Assembly: GCA_005843835.1 (NCBI GenBank)
Contig: SZXZ01000007.1
Coordinates: 3,747-67,746 of the forward strand
Origin: Chlorobium sp.
GTDB lineage: Bacteria; Bacteroidota; Chlorobiia; Chlorobiales; Chlorobiaceae
Direction: 5' to 3'
DNA length: 64,000 nt
Shown here: in pieces, positions 21,261 through 31,947 of the stretch
Position numbering within the stretch: position 1 is the stretch's first letter
Layout: each line of letters begins with the position of its first letter
Notes under the pieces: model-generated
The model's database searches: none
The model's input: only the letters and a program-made list of their open reading frames with translations
Told to the model about the DNA's origin: nothing
Program-made: the position numbers and the translations under genes

Positions 21261-22082
21261 ATGTGTTTTGAAATACAGGCGCATCGGGGTGCTAGATCTT
21301 TTTTTCCAGAAAATACTCTTCAGGCTTTCTTCAAGGCAGCTGATCTAGGAGTCAGGGTACTGGAACTTGATCTTGTTGTTTCGAAAGATATGGAAGTTGT
21401 TGTTTCGCATGATCCATGGCTTTCCGCTCCACTTTGCTCGGATCCGCAGGGTAAACCATTGAATACAGAGGATTGGCTACGTTACAATATATATGAGATG
21501 TCCTATAGCGATATCGAACTTTTTGATTGCGGTTTACCACATCCTTCTTTTCCTTTTCAGCAACGAATTGTCGCGTGCAAGCCACTTCTATCAAAGGTGT
21601 TTAAAACAGTTGATGCCTATATGGTATCTAAAGGGATGAAGGGGCAGATGATCTATAATCTTGAAATCAAGTCATGGCCTGATAAGGATGGTGTATATCA
21701 TCCAACGCCTGATTGTTACGCTGAGCTTGTACTCCGTCTTGTTGAAGCTGCGGGGTTATTGGGTTGTGTAAGAATACAGTCTTTCGATTACCGGGTAGTA
21801 CAAGAGGCATGGAGGCTAAACCATCATATACCCTATGGACTGCTGATCAACGAAAGGAAAAATATTGAACGGGATCTTCATTCACTCGGATTTATTCCGT
21901 TGTATGTCAATCCCCATTTTTTGATAGTTGATCGTGAGTTGACCGAATATTTTCATGGTCAGGATATCGTCATGATTCCGTGGACGGTGAATAGAAAGGA
22001 AGATATGCTGGCTATGAATCATATTGGTGCCGATGGGATTATTACAGATTTTCCAGAGATAGCTTGTTCTCTTTTTCATTGA
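21261..22082 (+). CDS. Glycerophosphodiester phosphodiesterase
   Basis: AHRGAR..PENTLQAF, ELDL...VVSHD, NLEIKS, IQSFD, WTVN, DGIITDFP. Confidence 0.94.
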   Translation: MCFEIQAHRGARSFFPENTLQAFFKAADLGVRVLELDLVVSKDMEVVVSHDPWLSAPLCSDPQGKPLNTEDWLRYNIYEMSYSDIELFDCGLPHPSFPFQQRIVACKPLLSKVFKTVDAYMVSKGMKGQMIYNLEIKSWPDKDGVYHPTPDCYAELVLRLVEAAGLLGCVRIQSFDYRVVQEAWRLNHHIPYGLLINERKNIERDLHSLGFIPLYVNPHFLIVDRELTEYFHGQDIVMIPWTVNRKEDMLAMNHIGADGIITDFPEIACSLFH

Positions 22083-22162
22083 CATTATGAGCCGTCCGCT
22101 TCGTGGGGTTAAAGTGCCGACTGCCAGATTTTTTAAGTATATCAACTTCGCGGACTCTTTAT

Positions 22163-23497
22163 TCATCGGGAAGTGCAAGCGGTTTTTAACGCTTTAAGCA
22201 CAATGTTAACCTTCGCAGTGATTGATTCAGGAGTTCTGGTTTCCTTAGCTCCTGTCGGACTGTAGAGAATATTATCGAGTGAGTCGAAGACAGCAGGGAT
22301 TGCGGATTGAATGTCTTCGGGCAGTCCAATTTCCTGCATAGCGCTTATTAGTTCACCTCTTGTAAGCCCTCCGGGACTTTTTATTCCCGCATTTTCAAGT
22401 GATAAGAAAATTTGCTGTTTTAAGCTTGATGCAGATGTATCATGTTCCGCATGATCCGTTGTCGAACCTTGTGCAGGGTTTATTTTTTTCCTTATACCAA
22501 TAAATAATATGGTGCAGAATATGAGAAAAAGAAAAGCAAGGGGAATAATTATAAGCAGTTGAGATAAGTTGATATGTGGTTCCTGGTCGGAGCCGGATGG
22601 TAGAAGTCTGCTTGTTACAGTTTCTTGTGTGGCAGGGGTTACTGTTATTTCTATCGGTTTTGAAATAAGGGTGTAGAATTGTTTGGTTGCAGGATTAAAA
22701 GTAACAATGTGTTGTTCAGGAATCTTATAATCACCTGCTGTTTGAGGCCATGTATTAATTGTCGCGGTTATTGAGCCGGAAGAGGGTGTTGAGTTTGTCG
22801 GTAACGATATTGTTATGTCTGGTGGATTATGACGAAAACTCTCAGGAAGTTGAAGATCTGGTAGTTTAAGGGTCAGAAGATTTCCTTTTCCAGTGAGTTT
22901 CAATGTAAAGGACAAGAGTTCGCCAGCCTTAAGTCTTTGTTTATTTGCAAAGAGTTCTAATTGGAAGTTACCAATAGTGCCGGAGAACCCATCTGGAAAA
23001 GGCTTAGGAAGGGGATGAGCGGATATGACAACATCGGGGGCTGTGATTCGTATATGGGTTTCAGGCGCTTCTTTACCGTATGTCAAGTCGTTTTCTTGCG
23101 GCAGAGTACATTCTATGCTGTATCCGGAAACTGTGTTTTTTCCACTTTGGATAGGTACTAACCTGAATTGCTTGACAATTGCGCTTCTGAATAACTCTCC
23201 GTGATACGATGTCTGTGTGCTTTTAATATAACGTTCAGGAATGGCTTCCTTTGCCCAGAATCCTTGAATAACCGGTGTAGTTTCATTTGATATTTTAGGG
23301 GCAACATCCTTGAAATTGAGAGTATAGGTCAGAAGGATCTCCTGACCTACATATGGGATGTTATTATTTAACGAAGAAGAAAGGAACAGTTTGTTACCTC
23401 GAATTTCTGAGTTTCCCTCAATTATCGGAGTAAAAAAAAATGATGTCACGAGCATGAAAATGACTCTGTACAGGATAAGAATTACTGCTCTCATCAT
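22163..23497 (-). CDS. BatD-family protein
   Basis: PYVGQEILLTY, FRLVPIQSG, FSGTIGNF, GKGNL, FNPATKQF beta-rich domains plus a C-terminal TM helix. Confidence 0.8.
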   Translation of the reverse strand: MMRAVILILYRVIFMLVTSFFFTPIIEGNSEIRGNKLFLSSSLNNNIPYVGQEILLTYTLNFKDVAPKISNETTPVIQGFWAKEAIPERYIKSTQTSYHGELFRSAIVKQFRLVPIQSGKNTVSGYSIECTLPQENDLTYGKEAPETHIRITAPDVVISAHPLPKPFPDGFSGTIGNFQLELFANKQRLKAGELLSFTLKLTGKGNLLTLKLPDLQLPESFRHNPPDITISLPTNSTPSSGSITATINTWPQTAGDYKIPEQHIVTFNPATKQFYTLISKPIEITVTPATQETVTSRLLPSGSDQEPHINLSQLLIIIPLAFLFLIFCTILFIGIRKKINPAQGSTTDHAEHDTSASSLKQQIFLSLENAGIKSPGGLTRGELISAMQEIGLPEDIQSAIPAVFDSLDNILYSPTGAKETRTPESITAKVNIVLKALKTACTSR

Positions 23498-23502
23498 AGT
23501 GC

Positions 23503-24303
23503 TTATTTCATGAGTTCCATAGATCGTGCAGTTGCTGCAGCAACGGTTTCGACTAGAATCTGCCGTATATTTTGTTCTTCAAGAATTTTTAGACCAGCTT
23601 CTGTTGTGCCGCCCGGTGTTGTGACTTCCCGTATAAGTTCTTCCGGACTTTTTTCTCCGGACAATACCATTTTTGCAGCACCAAGCATAGTTTGAGTACT
23701 TAATATCAGTGCTTCATTGTTAGAAAGACCACACTGAACTCCTCCTTTGACCAGAGAGTCAAGGATATGGAACATGTAGGCTGGTCCGCTGCCGGAAAGA
23801 GCAGTTGCAGCATCCATCTGTGATTCATTGAGAATAATTACCCGACCTATTGAACTGAAGAGATCACAGGCAAGGGTGACATCATCTGCTGATGCTGTCT
23901 TGCCTTTGCTGATGGCAGTCATTCCTTCGCCAACAAATGCTGGGGTATTTGGCATTACTCTGATAACTCTCACGGTATTTACTGAGTTATTTAATATAAA
24001 CTCTGAAGAAATTCCCGCTGCGACGCTGATCAGCAAGTGGTCAACACCGAGGAAAGGTTTCAGTTCTTCAAGTACCTCTGCAATTTGATAAGGTTTTACA
24101 GCAAGAATTATGACCTGTGATTTTTGGGCAATTTCTTCAATAGAGAGACATGGATGAACAGGGTATGCAGCTGAAACTGAACTCAGAGCTGCAGGTTCTT
24201 TATCAAAACCTGATATGACAGTATGATTTTTGCCACTAAGCCCTGCGATCAGTGCCCGAGCAATTCTTCCTGTTCCTATAAAGCCGATTAAAAGCTGATT
24301 CAT
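23503..24303 (-). CDS. proC: Pyrroline-5-carboxylate reductase
   Basis: GFIGTG, LAVKP, RVMPNTP, ALSGSGPAY, VTTPGGTT. Confidence 0.97.
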   Translation of the reverse strand: MNQLLIGFIGTGRIARALIAGLSGKNHTVISGFDKEPAALSSVSAAYPVHPCLSIEEIAQKSQVIILAVKPYQIAEVLEELKPFLGVDHLLISVAAGISSEFILNNSVNTVRVIRVMPNTPAFVGEGMTAISKGKTASADDVTLACDLFSSIGRVIILNESQMDAATALSGSGPAYMFHILDSLVKGGVQCGLSNNEALILSTQTMLGAAKMVLSGEKSPEELIREVTTPGGTTEAGLKILEEQNIRQILVETVAAATARSMELMK

Positions 24304-24395
24304 TGTACGCCGTATTTTTATAACTGAATAATATGTACTGATATGTAAGCTTTTTCAGCTGAATTCCAATCAGCTTTAGAGGTCTCTTCTGTTCT

Positions 24396-24653
24396 TTATT
24401 TAAAGCGCACCTTACAATAAAGAATGATCAAAAGTAAAACCAGTGTGATACAATTGGCTGCAATGATTGGTAGATCACTTTTTGCGATACCGTACAGCAA
24501 CCATAGAAGAATCCCGAGATTCATTGCAAAAGCCCAAAGCAGGCTGATATCACGGGTTTGCCTCGTTCTGAAAATCCGGATAGCTTGAGGCAGAAATGCC
24601 AGGGTAGTAATTATTCCAGCAGCATAGCCAAGGTATTCTGTTTGGTGTGTCAT
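24396..24653 (-). CDS. SemiSWEET / PQ-loop family transporter
   Basis: TTLAFLPQ, TRDIS, LWLLYG, PIIAAN; 3 TM. Start placed at MTHQTE. Confidence 0.9.
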   Translation of the reverse strand: MTHQTEYLGYAAGIITTLAFLPQAIRIFRTRQTRDISLLWAFAMNLGILLWLLYGIAKSDLPIIAANCITLVLLLIILYCKVRFK

Positions 24654-24688
24654 GATCAGGTTACTGTCCGGTTGTTCTGCTGAAAACC

Positions 24689-24716
24689 AAAAAGGCGGGA
24701 GCAAGTCCCGCCTTTG
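24689..24716 (-). terminator. Intrinsic terminator after the soluble cytochrome c gene
   Basis: AAAGGCGGGA-GCAAG-TCCCGCCTTT hairpin with a T run on the minus strand. Confidence 0.8.
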
Positions 24717-24737
24717 AGTTATAGAATACAATAGGGC

Positions 24738-25073
24738 TTACTTGCTTTGCTGGATCATATATTCAACAGCGCTTTTAACTTGAGCATCAGTAAGATTTGG
24801 ATGACCGCCTTTTGCCATCATCATACCAACCTTGCCGGTGAATCCTGTGATGGATTTTTTAGTCAATACATCCAGACCCTGTTTAAGACGTGGTGCCCAT
24901 GCAGCTTTGTCTCCTAACTTTGGAGCATTCATAACACCGTCTTTGTGACAGGTAGAGCAGTTGGTGTCGTAAATTGCTTTGCCTGCTTTAGCGTCACCGG
25001 CAGCCTTGGCATCGACCGAAGTCATTGAAAAAACAAAAAGAGCACAAAGTGCAGCTGAAAATAAACGAGACAT
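24738..25073 (-). CDS. Soluble periplasmic cytochrome c-555 (c5 family)
   Basis: Signal peptide, CSTCH heme motif, APKLGDKAAW, M-AKGG axial Met region. Confidence 0.92.
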   Translation of the reverse strand: MSRLFSAALCALFVFSMTSVDAKAAGDAKAGKAIYDTNCSTCHKDGVMNAPKLGDKAAWAPRLKQGLDVLTKKSITGFTGKVGMMMAKGGHPNLTDAQVKSAVEYMIQQSK

Positions 25074-25149
25074 TGAAATTCCTCCCTAATAATGGTTGTG
25101 GGTTAATATAAACAGGCGTTGTATTGGACTTCAAAAACAAATAATCTGG

Positions 25150-25578
25150 TTATTTCGATTTGTCAACCATGTATGCGACTGCATTCGTTATAGCTTCGTC
25201 GGTAAGGGTTGCGTTTCCACCTTTTGGCGGCATTGCCCCGACCTTTCCCTGGAACCCTGTGATTGATTTTTTAGCCATTGTTTCTAAACCCTGCGGGATA
25301 CGAGCAGTCCATGCCGCTTTGTCGCCGGGCTTTGGAGCTCCCATCATGCCGGCTTCGTGACAAGCAGCACAGTTTGTATCGTAGACCGCTTTACCCGCAG
25401 CAAGTTTCGGGTCTGCAGGTGCTTTTTCCGCTACTGGTGCTGGTGCAACGGGTGCCGGGGCAGCTGCTTCTTTCTTTGCTTCAGGAAATTTTAAGCTGGC
25501 AGGTGGCTTTTCGAGGCCGCATGCACTGAGGAAAACAAGACCTGCGGTTAAACAAGGCAGTAAGGGTTTCATTTTCAT
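25150..25578 (-). CDS. Membrane-anchored (lipoprotein) cytochrome c-555/c-556-like
   Basis: Lipobox FLSAC, Ala/Pro-rich linker, CAACH, MPPKGG. Confidence 0.92.
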   Translation of the reverse strand: MKMKPLLPCLTAGLVFLSACGLEKPPASLKFPEAKKEAAAPAPVAPAPVAEKAPADPKLAAGKAVYDTNCAACHEAGMMGAPKPGDKAAWTARIPQGLETMAKKSITGFQGKVGAMPPKGGNATLTDEAITNAVAYMVDKSK

Positions 25579-25645
25579 ATTCTTAAGACTGGTTTAGTTG
25601 TTGTGCCGGGTAAAGGTTAGAAAACCATAACCGACAGTTTAAAAA

Positions 25646-27091
25646 TTATTCAGCGTATGGCAAAATGCTTTTTTTTATAGGATTCTTTTCTAGCTGAAGG
25701 CGCAAGTCATGGCGAGAGAGGCTATAGAGGTGTGTATAAAAAAGATTAAACAGCAAAACAGCACCTTTAGCTCGAGGAGCCTTAATACCTCTAGCTATGG
25801 ATTTATTCGCGGTGAATATCTGCTTTGTAAGGCTGGAGTAACTTTCAATAAAGGCATCGAGAGGAATGTTTTTGGGTCGGTAAAGCATTTCCTGACCGAA
25901 GGTATAGCGATATGCTGTAATGTCCAGTGGATCAAACAATAGTCGACCTTCCTCTCTTAGGCGATCGAACACTTTCGTACCAGGGATAGGTCGAAGAATG
26001 TTAATTCCCGGTACATCTAGCTTTGTGTCATTTATAAAATCGGTTATTGCCGTTGGAGTTTCGAGCGTATCGCCATCAAGTCCGTAAATAAAGCTCCCGT
26101 AAAGGCTTATTCCGTTGTTTCTTATAGTTTTAATAGCAAGAGCAAGCTCACCGGTTTTATTCTGGTTTTTTTTATGAACTTTCCGGCTTAAGGTCTCAAT
26201 ACTTTCTATTCCGACAAGTAAGGCCTGGCATCCGGAACGAGCAAAGGTATCAAGCAGTTCATGCTGTTGACCTAACATCGTAGTGGCTTGTCCAAACCAG
26301 TGGATGTTCAGGGGAATGAGTTGTCGGAAAAGTTCAAGGGCGTAGGATGGGTCTGCGTTTATTGAGTCATCAACAAAAAAGAATATTCTGTGGTCATTTT
26401 CTTTGAATCGGGCGACTTCAGTAACAATGTCGGAGATTGCCCGTCTGCGTAGAGTATGACCGTTAAGTACATGTACATTACAGAAGTCGCAGCTATGCTG
26501 ACAACCTCTTCCAGTCTGGATCAGGTTGGTTGTAAAGTAGCGGTTTTTTATGAGCGATGTTTTCAAGACTGGTCTTGAGCGCTCCAGATCGGGAAAATTG
26601 TCGTTTTGGTAAAGGGGTTTGAGGGTTTCTGTTGTAAGATCGGTAAGTACTTCTTTCCAAAGGTCGTCAGCCTCTCCAATAACCAAAACATCGGAATGGG
26701 GCTTGCACGATTCAGGGAACAAGGTTACATGAGCTCCTCCAAGCACTACGGATATACCTCTTGAACGAAGCGTGTCCGCCAACTCAAGAGCTTTTTTTGC
26801 CATACCTGTCTGAACACTGATGCCTACCAGATCCCATGCTTTATGAAATGGAAACTCTTCGAATCGCATATCACAAATCGATTGCTGAACTCCCTTAACC
26901 TCTATAGAACTAAGAATCATGAGTGACAGAGGAGGAATTGCGAATTGACTTTTCTTGATCATGGTTCTCAGTGAATGGTTGAACCACGAGAATAAGGGGC
27001 TATCATCCTTTTCGCTATAAAGGGATCGAGCACCGTCAACGCCACTTTCCGATGGCAGAAAAACCAGCAATACCTTTTTTAATGAATGCAT
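25646..27091 (-). CDS. Cobalamin-binding radical SAM protein (BchE/P-methylase-like, class B)
   Basis: B12-binding N-domain (PPLSL, GGAHVT, GEAD), GRGCQHSCDFC, FVDD, GIES, PIPGT. Confidence 0.9.
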   Translation of the reverse strand: MHSLKKVLLVFLPSESGVDGARSLYSEKDDSPLFSWFNHSLRTMIKKSQFAIPPLSLMILSSIEVKGVQQSICDMRFEEFPFHKAWDLVGISVQTGMAKKALELADTLRSRGISVVLGGAHVTLFPESCKPHSDVLVIGEADDLWKEVLTDLTTETLKPLYQNDNFPDLERSRPVLKTSLIKNRYFTTNLIQTGRGCQHSCDFCNVHVLNGHTLRRRAISDIVTEVARFKENDHRIFFFVDDSINADPSYALELFRQLIPLNIHWFGQATTMLGQQHELLDTFARSGCQALLVGIESIETLSRKVHKKNQNKTGELALAIKTIRNNGISLYGSFIYGLDGDTLETPTAITDFINDTKLDVPGINILRPIPGTKVFDRLREEGRLLFDPLDITAYRYTFGQEMLYRPKNIPLDAFIESYSSLTKQIFTANKSIARGIKAPRAKGAVLLFNLFYTHLYSLSRHDLRLQLEKNPIKKSILPYAE

Positions 27092-27763
27092 TTACCAGTC
27101 CAGGTTGTTACTGCTGCCTTTTGCTGCTGTTGATTTTTTAGAGGCAAGCTTTCTCATCAGTGATGATTCATCTTGTTGTGCTTTTTCAAGTAGACGGTCA
27201 ACCATATCTTGACTTACGCCGGTCTTAGGCAGAGGCTTGCTTTTTTGGTCGGAGCTTGATGATGATGATGCATGATGTGGCGGATCAAGTTCATGAAGGT
27301 ACCGAAGGATAATTTCATAATTAACCTTCGCATCGCCGTCATTTGGGTTTGTCAGGAGAAGCAATTTGAAACGGTCAAGTGAAGTTTGGAAATATTCTGT
27401 TTTTTTAGATTTAGTCGTAGTCTCTATAGCTGCCATGGCATACGAATCACCTTGATTGAAGAGAGATTTTAACGTTATATCTTCGTGCTCAACACTTGGT
27501 TTTGATTTATGGGCAAACATGGATGCTGCTTCAGAATATTTGCCCTGCTTGTATAATGTGCAGGCTAGATTGAAGGTGGATGATTCAGTATTTTCGCTCT
27601 GAGGAAGGATTTTTAAGAGATGTCGTAAAGTGCTTTCTGATCGAATGTACTCGCGTTTTTCATAAAGAGCATTTGCTTGAAGCTGCAGGCGGTATTCCTC
27701 AATAGTCTCCGGTATACTCAATGCAACACTGATAAAAAGAAAGAGAGTTGACAATTTTAGCAT
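27092..27763 (-). CDS. TPR protein, BatC-like
   Basis: Signal peptide, TPR helices (FNLACTLYKQGKY, FNQGD, NPNDGDAKVNYE), low-complexity linker and terminal DW typical of BatC. Confidence 0.75.
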   Translation of the reverse strand: MLKLSTLFLFISVALSIPETIEEYRLQLQANALYEKREYIRSESTLRHLLKILPQSENTESSTFNLACTLYKQGKYSEAASMFAHKSKPSVEHEDITLKSLFNQGDSYAMAAIETTTKSKKTEYFQTSLDRFKLLLLTNPNDGDAKVNYEIILRYLHELDPPHHASSSSSSDQKSKPLPKTGVSQDMVDRLLEKAQQDESSLMRKLASKKSTAAKGSSNNLDW

Positions 27764-27844
27764 AACACAAGTACTTTTTACAAAGATACGTACATGAACC
27801 TGAAGTTAGAAAGAGAATAGTGTCGTTTTTCTGATACTTCAAAA

Positions 27845-27885
27845 AGCATAAAAAAAACCGCCCCGGAGGGCGGCTGTTTTATGCT
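27845..27885 (-). terminator. Intrinsic terminator after the aminotransferase gene
   Basis: CCGCCC-CGGA-GGGCGG stem flanked by AGCATAAAA/TTTTATGCT; long T run on the minus strand. Confidence 0.82.
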
Positions 27886-27903
27886 GTACGATTTTTCAAA
27901 GAT

Positions 27904-29043
27904 TTATTTGCCGAGAAATGCTTTTTGTACTGCACTGACACCGACTCCAATCTCAAAATCAAAATTGATTTCACTCAAAGCTCTTTCCAGACCACCAATT
28001 ACAGTCAACATGTCGAGCTCATCATAGAAGCCGAGATGAGCTATACGAAATATTTTGTCTTTATAATCATCCTGTCCGGCAGCTACGGTGATACCATTAT
28101 TGATTTTCAGTGCCTTATTGAATGCTGACCATTTAACCCCTTCGGGTAGCCATACAGGGGTAACTGCGAATGAAGGAGAGTTACTGAATAATTTCATTCC
28201 AAGTGCATTACAGCCCTGACGGCAGGCGCCAGCGAGGCTTTCGTGTCGTTTCCAGATGTTTTCAATGCCTTCCTCTTTAATCATCTGGAGAGCTTCGTCA
28301 AGTCCGATAACCAGCGAAACGGCAGGTGTAAATGGGGTATCGTCCCCAGCATGGGCTTTCAAAGCTTTTTTCAGACTAAGGTAATACTGTGTTTTGCCAC
28401 TCTGACCATTGATGATGTCCTGAGCCCTTTCGGAAATAGCAACCAATGCCAATCCAGGAGGCATCATCAGACCTTTCTGAGAGCCAGTAATGCATATATC
28501 GACGCCCCAATCGTCGAAATGGAACTCGTGAGCCCCGACTGCGGTAATTCCATCAACAAGAACCAGAGCTTCGGAGTGTTCGCGGATGAGAGCACTCAGT
28601 GTCTGGATATCAGCGGCGGTGCCAGTCGATGTTTCGGAATGGGTAAGGCAGACACCCTTGGCATCAGGATGCTCTTTCAGCAGTTCCAACAACCGGTCAG
28701 GTTGTATCGCTGTACCCCAGTCAACTTTTTCCTCGACACAGTTACCAGTGAACGTTCGCGCAAGCTCTCCCCACCTTTCACCGAATTTTCCGGCGTTAAT
28801 GGTTATAACTTTATCGCCCGATTTGAAAATGCTTGAAATCGTAGCCTCCATTCCTCCCGTTCCCGAGCAGCTGAGAACAACAACCGGTTGAGTTGTTCTA
28901 AAGAGATACTTCAAATCCTCATGGACCCTCGTTAATATCTCCATGAACTCCGGGTTCCTGTGATGAATAATCGGAGCGGCCATGCGAAGCATGACATTTT
29001 CGGGTACAGGGGTTGGTCCTGGTGTGAATAATCGTTTTTTCAT
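27904..29043 (-). CDS. Class V PLP aminotransferase (serine-pyruvate/alanine-glyoxylate family)
   Basis: LFTPGPTP, SGTGGME, HSETSTG, GSQKGLMMPPG, FRIAHLG. Confidence 0.93.
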   Translation of the reverse strand: MKKRLFTPGPTPVPENVMLRMAAPIIHHRNPEFMEILTRVHEDLKYLFRTTQPVVVLSCSGTGGMEATISSIFKSGDKVITINAGKFGERWGELARTFTGNCVEEKVDWGTAIQPDRLLELLKEHPDAKGVCLTHSETSTGTAADIQTLSALIREHSEALVLVDGITAVGAHEFHFDDWGVDICITGSQKGLMMPPGLALVAISERAQDIINGQSGKTQYYLSLKKALKAHAGDDTPFTPAVSLVIGLDEALQMIKEEGIENIWKRHESLAGACRQGCNALGMKLFSNSPSFAVTPVWLPEGVKWSAFNKALKINNGITVAAGQDDYKDKIFRIAHLGFYDELDMLTVIGGLERALSEINFDFEIGVGVSAVQKAFLGK

Positions 29044-29089
29044 CTCTTCAGAAATGTGGTTTGAATAGTATTAAAGAGATTCTGTGACT

Positions 29090-30199
29090 TTAGTTTTTCG
29101 CCTGATCCATGAGTTTGACGAACTGTTCAAACAAATAGTGAGAGTCATGAGGTCCGGGCGCGGCTTCAGGGTGATATTGAACTGAAAAACAAGGGAGCTC
29201 ACGGTGTTTGACTCCTTCAACAGTATTATCGTACAGATTTAGATGGGTCATTTCCAGGGTTTCAGGCAATGACTCCATTTTAACGGCAAAACCGTGGTTC
29301 TGTGATGTTATTTCGATCTGCCTGCTGGTAAGGTTTTTTACAGGATGGTTGCTTCCGTGATGACCAAATTTCAGCTTGTAGGTTTCAGCGCCGAAAGCAA
29401 GAGAAAGCAACTGGTGGCCAAGGCAGATTCCGAAGATTGGAAGATGCCTTGTTGTGCGGTTATACTCTGTAAGTTTTCGGATAGTTTCGATTGCATAACC
29501 TACAGCAGAAGGGTCGCCAGGGCCGTTTGACAGAAAGACACCGTCAGGATTAAGAGCGATTACCTCTTCTGCTGTTGTGCATGCCTTGAGTACGGTGACC
29601 TTGCATCCTGACACCTGCAGCATCCGTAAAATATTGGTTTTGATACCATAATCAAATGCTGCGACATGGAAACGTGCATCTGATTTTTCAAGAGTATAAT
29701 TTGTATCTACAGTAACCGTTTTAACCAGATCCTGCCCACTCATTTCAGGGATCTTGAGAGTTTTTGTCTTGAGGCTGTCATCACTGGCATCAAGAGCAGA
29801 AATGATACCCCTCATAGCACCTTTTTCACGAATTTCGCGGACAAGTTTGCGTGTGTCGATGCCAGCGAGTCCTATGACACCTGATTCCTTGAGACAGGAG
29901 TCAATGGTCTGGGTCGCTTCGTAGTTACTGTAGAGTCGGGACACTTCCCGAACAATAAAAGCCGAAGCCCATATCTTTGTGGATTCATTGTCAGAGGCAT
30001 TGATTCCGTAGTTTCCAATCAGCGGATACGTCATCAATACCATCTGCCCGGCATACGAAGGGTCGGTCAGAATTTCCTGGTATCCTGTATGCGATGTATT
30101 GAAAACTACTTCACCTGTTGCTTCACCGATATGGCCGAACGCTGTCCCGTTATAGACTGATCCGTTTTCTAATACCAATTTTGCTGGTCTTGGCTGCAT
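29090..30199 (-). CDS. carA: Carbamoyl-phosphate synthase small subunit
   Basis: [38 protein letters not shown]. Confidence 0.98.
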   Translation of the reverse strand: MQPRPAKLVLENGSVYNGTAFGHIGEATGEVVFNTSHTGYQEILTDPSYAGQMVLMTYPLIGNYGINASDNESTKIWASAFIVREVSRLYSNYEATQTIDSCLKESGVIGLAGIDTRKLVREIREKGAMRGIISALDASDDSLKTKTLKIPEMSGQDLVKTVTVDTNYTLEKSDARFHVAAFDYGIKTNILRMLQVSGCKVTVLKACTTAEEVIALNPDGVFLSNGPGDPSAVGYAIETIRKLTEYNRTTRHLPIFGICLGHQLLSLAFGAETYKLKFGHHGSNHPVKNLTSRQIEITSQNHGFAVKMESLPETLEMTHLNLYDNTVEGVKHRELPCFSVQYHPEAAPGPHDSHYLFEQFVKLMDQAKN

Positions 30200-30207
30200 T
30201 ATACTTG

Positions 30208-30561
30208 TTACTCCTTGGTCGAGAGTTTATCACCCGATTCCTGTTTGTCTATATTGGCAATAGCAGTACGGTCAAATTTTATCTTTGTAGTATCAGATAC
30301 CTGAACAAGAACAGTTTTTTTGTCGGGATCAATTCCTGCAACAATACCGTGAGCACCTCCTATGGTGACAATTTTGTCGCCCCTTTTTAAGCTATCGAGC
30401 ACTTTTTCTCTATCCTTTTGCTTTTTCTGCTGAGGACGGATCATGAAAAAGTAAAAGACAATAAAAATGAGAACAAGCGGAACGAGCTGAATAAACTGGT
30501 TTGGCGTCTGCCCTCCTGCGGGAGATGCAAAGAGAAACAGAGAAAGTATATGATTGTGCAT
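30208..30561 (-). CDS. yajC: Preprotein translocase subunit YajC
   Basis: [24 protein letters not shown]. Confidence 0.96.
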   Translation of the reverse strand: MHNHILSLFLFASPAGGQTPNQFIQLVPLVLIFIVFYFFMIRPQQKKQKDREKVLDSLKRGDKIVTIGGAHGIVAGIDPDKKTVLVQVSDTTKIKFDRTAIANIDKQESGDKLSTKE

Positions 30562-30633
30562 AGTAGGGTTGTGGTTTTTATAAAAAAACTTAAGATCTTT
30601 TTTTGTGATGAATAATGTAACGTATTTATAGAA

Positions 30634-31695
30634 CTATTTCAATCCTGCCTTCCTTGCGCCAGCAGCAAAGCTTGCATACGGTGCTACGTTATAGCAATGC
30701 TCGGCTTTCATTCCCCGTGTCAGCTTCACTCCTGCCAGAGTGGCAATCATAGCGGCATTATCGGTTGAGTATACAATACCGGGAATATGTAAAAAAATAC
30801 TATGCTTATCGCAGGCATCTTTCATTGCTTTTCTAAGTGTTGAGTTGGCACTTACTCCGCCGGCAATTGAAACAGTCTTGATGCCACGGCTTCTTGCTGC
30901 CAGTATAGTTTTTTCAACAAGCACACTGACGATGGCCCATTGAATTGAAGCCGCAATATCGGCGAGATGGAGTTCTATGAACTGTGGCGTTTGTTTTTGC
31001 AGCCAGGTGTGTACGGAAGTTTTCAGGCCCGAAAAACTGAAATCGAAATTTCCAAAGTAGCTTTTGCTTGTCTGGGATTGCGATGTAAGAGCACGTGGGA
31101 ATTTGTGAAACGAAGTATCTCCTTTTTCTGCAAGCTTATCAATTACCGGACCTGCAGGGTAGGGTAGGCCAAGCATTTTACCGGTTTTATCGAAAGCCTC
31201 TCCGGCTGCGTCATCCAGTGTCCGGCCAATGACTTCATAGGATAAATCTTGCGCTACAACTGAAAGCAAGGTATGTCCTCCGGATACCGTGAGAGAGATA
31301 AAAGATCCCTCAGGGTGTTGATGAGAATCACCCTCATTGATAAAAGGAGAAAATATATGGGCCTCAATATGATTGATCGGTACAAAAGGGATTCCAAGTG
31401 AGTACGCCAGACCTTGGGCAAAACAAAGACCAACCATGACCGCACCGATGAGGCCCGGTCCAGCGGTAGCAGCTATGACATCAAGTTCATTTTTTGTTAT
31501 ATTGGCTTCAGTTACAGCAAAATCCGTAATTGAAACTATAAGCCGTTCGTGTTCTCTAGACGCCAGCTCCGGCACAACACCACCAAAGGCTGAATGGCAG
31601 TGTTGTGAACTGACAACATTCGATAAAACCTGTCCGTTACAAACAACGGCCGCCGATGTTTCGTCACAGCTGGTTTCTATGCCTAAAATATTCAT
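30634..31695 (-). CDS. tsaD: tRNA N6-adenosine threonylcarbamoyltransferase
   Basis: [54 protein letters not shown]. Start placed at 31695. Confidence 0.97.
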   Translation of the reverse strand: MNILGIETSCDETSAAVVCNGQVLSNVVSSQHCHSAFGGVVPELASREHERLIVSITDFAVTEANITKNELDVIAATAGPGLIGAVMVGLCFAQGLAYSLGIPFVPINHIEAHIFSPFINEGDSHQHPEGSFISLTVSGGHTLLSVVAQDLSYEVIGRTLDDAAGEAFDKTGKMLGLPYPAGPVIDKLAEKGDTSFHKFPRALTSQSQTSKSYFGNFDFSFSGLKTSVHTWLQKQTPQFIELHLADIAASIQWAIVSVLVEKTILAARSRGIKTVSIAGGVSANSTLRKAMKDACDKHSIFLHIPGIVYSTDNAAMIATLAGVKLTRGMKAEHCYNVAPYASFAAGARKAGLK

Positions 31696-31719
31696 GGTAC
31701 ATTTATTTGTAAAGAACTT

Positions 31720-31947
31720 ATGGGCAAAGCTAACAAACAGGGCAATAATAGCAAACAGAACGTCAAAGTAAGCGTTTTTCATGTTCTTGTAATTCTTGTT
31801 GGTGCAGATTTGATTCTTCTTCTTGCTCCTGATTTTGGTATTCTTAACAGTATTTTTTTTCTCCCAAATATCTATTCATGGTCGGCTCTGATTGGCGGTC
31901 TTATTCTATTGGTGTATGGCTTTAATGGGCTGTATAAAAAGCTATGA
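31720..31947 (+). CDS. Small two-TM membrane protein
   Basis: 75 aa; basic N-terminus, two hydrophobic helices, KK tail; just upstream of moxR. Confidence 0.6.
   Translation: MGKANKQGNNSKQNVKVSVFHVLVILVGADLILLLAPDFGILNSIFFLPNIYSWSALIGGLILLVYGFNGLYKKL

Noticed and set aside
14750-22200. tRNA-Asn-anchored genomic island
   Set aside because: No integrase and no duplicated tRNA 3' end (att site) seen by eye.
28243-28891. Long plus-strand ORFs (197 and 101 aa) and similar antisense ORFs across the window
   Set aside because: They lie fully opposite well-supported genes and have no recognisable motifs.
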